A DNA stretch of 64,000 nt from Callorhinchus milii. Taxonomy: Eukaryota. The stretch spans positions 77,626,001-77,690,000 of the forward strand of contig NW_024704742.1 of the NCBI RefSeq assembly GCF_018977255.1, written 5' to 3'. Positions 62,746 to 64,000 of this stretch are shown in pieces. A program made the position numbers and the translations under genes. Numbering within the stretch: the first letter of the stretch is position 1; each line of letters starts with the position of its first letter. The notes beneath the pieces are model-generated. The model searched no databases, was not told the DNA's origin, and worked only from the letters and a program-made list of their open reading frames with translations.

Positions 62746-62979
62746 TTAAATATATCAGATAGCTTATAATGGGGTGCAACCAGAAATAACTGCAAAAAGC
62801 CTATGCCTCATGGGTGTGACTCTGATAAAGAGTGAGAGAGAGAGCACGGAGAGAGCATTGAGAGAGAAAGAACAGGGTAGAGAGAGAACATGGGGAGTCT
62901 GAGGGAATTTAGTACCAAACGGATTGTAACACATATCGCACAGTCCAGTGCATGCTCTAAAAACCTTAGATCACCATCC

Positions 62980-63415
62980 AAAACTCTGTGTCCTTTCCTG
63001 CATCAGACTCCACAACCCCTGCCCTTGATAAGCACCACTAGCTCCCCATTCCCCAAAGGATAGAATTCAAGATCCTCATTCTTGCATTCAAATCCCTTCA
63101 CAGCCTTGCCCCTAAGTACCTCTGCAACCTCCTCCAAACCTGCCACCCCAGCCAATTCCCCTTACTCAGCTAATACCAGTTGCTTCTTGTACTCTGTCTG
63201 ATCTGTCCCATTCAACCCCTTCTGCATTGCCCTCTCTCTCTCCCCACCTTTAGGAGCCGCTCAAGACCGATCTTTTCATCCGCACATTTTGTCACCCTCT
63301 TCCACCTTCATACTTCTCAGCTTCCCCCTTCTCCAGCTTTGGCTCACAGTTAACCCTTATGAAGCACTTTGAGATGTCTTCCTGACATAAAATGTGTTAT
63401 ATAAATGAAAATTGT
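62980..63415 (+). mobile_element. Degenerate L2 3' fragment
   Basis: ggatagaattcaagatcctcattcttgcattcaaatcccttcacagccttgcccct..; L2 tail. Confidence 0.75.
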
Positions 63416-63671
63416 TTTGATTCAGGAAATGATGGTTATCAATACAATTGAATATCTGCCAGCTGTGAGTCCAACAGATGAGGGGTTAAACCGAGGTCCT
63501 GTCTGCCTGTTCAAGTGGATCCTATGGCACTACTTGATAAGAATACAGTTTCTTCCAGTGTACTGGTCAACAATCCCCCATATAAAATTGATCATACAAT
63601 TCATAGCTGTTTGTGGAATTTTGCCGTGAGCAAATTGGCGGCTGCATTCACTTATATTCACTTTAATATTC

Positions 63672-64000
63672 ACTTGGCTCAGTGTCTTGCCTCTTGCCTC
63701 TGAGTCAGAGGGTTGTGGGTTCACGCCCCGTGTCGGGACTTGGAATCACATATCTAAGCTGACATTCCAATGCAATCCTGCATTGTTGGAGGTGCCCTCC
63801 TTCAGATGAGATGTTAAACCGAGGTCCTGTCTGCCTGTTCAGGTGGACGTTAAAGATCCCATATCACTGCTTGAAAGGAGAAAGGAGTTTCTCCCAGTGT
63901 CCTGGCCAACAATCCTCCAAAATAAAAAAATTTAACACTTACTCCGTGGGTGTTTGTGGAAAATTGCTGTGTTCAACTGGTTGCCCACAAATACACAGTC
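63672..64000 (+). mobile_element. SacSINE1-like SINE running off the window end
   Basis: ttggctcagt..tctgagtcagagggttgtgggttc..ttaaaccgaggtcctgtctgcctgttcaggtggacgttaaagatccc; preceded by a truncated copy at ~63470-63665. Confidence 0.88.

Noticed and set aside
1..64000. CRISPR array, operon or prokaryotic defence/retron system
   Set aside because: No regularly spaced repeat-spacer units and no gene-dense regions; all RT sequence is eukaryotic LINE or Penelope.

Overview
Repeat-rich vertebrate genomic DNA, not prokaryotic. The mix of L2 and CR1 LINEs, DeuSINE/SacSINE1-type SINEs and a Penelope-like element suggests a cartilaginous fish, possibly a holocephalan (inference). I could not identify any host protein-coding gene. 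The only clearly recognisable coding sequence is retroelement-derived: CR1 RT at 17.9-20.0 kb and 41.5-42.2 kb, L2 RT at 24.2-25.6 kb and 52.3-53.2 kb, and a Penelope GIY-YIG region at 27.1-29.4 kb. The best-supported unusual structure is a 2.3 kb palindromic Penelope-like insertion with a 16-bp target-site duplication (TSD) and a minimal hammerhead ribozyme in each arm, one intact and one with a core mutation. Other structures: a 1.16 kb solo LTR with TGTTG...CAACA ends and an ACTG TSD, about 9 fragments of an ancient decayed LINE-like family, a nested SINE/SINE/CR1 insertion, paired RFX X-boxes, a CTCF motif, a CCAAT array, and several unassigned candidate exons in repeat-free islands. I see no evidence for a new multi-gene system. 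Repeat boundaries are by eye and approximate unless a TSD is cited, and family names come from recalled consensus motifs, not a database search.
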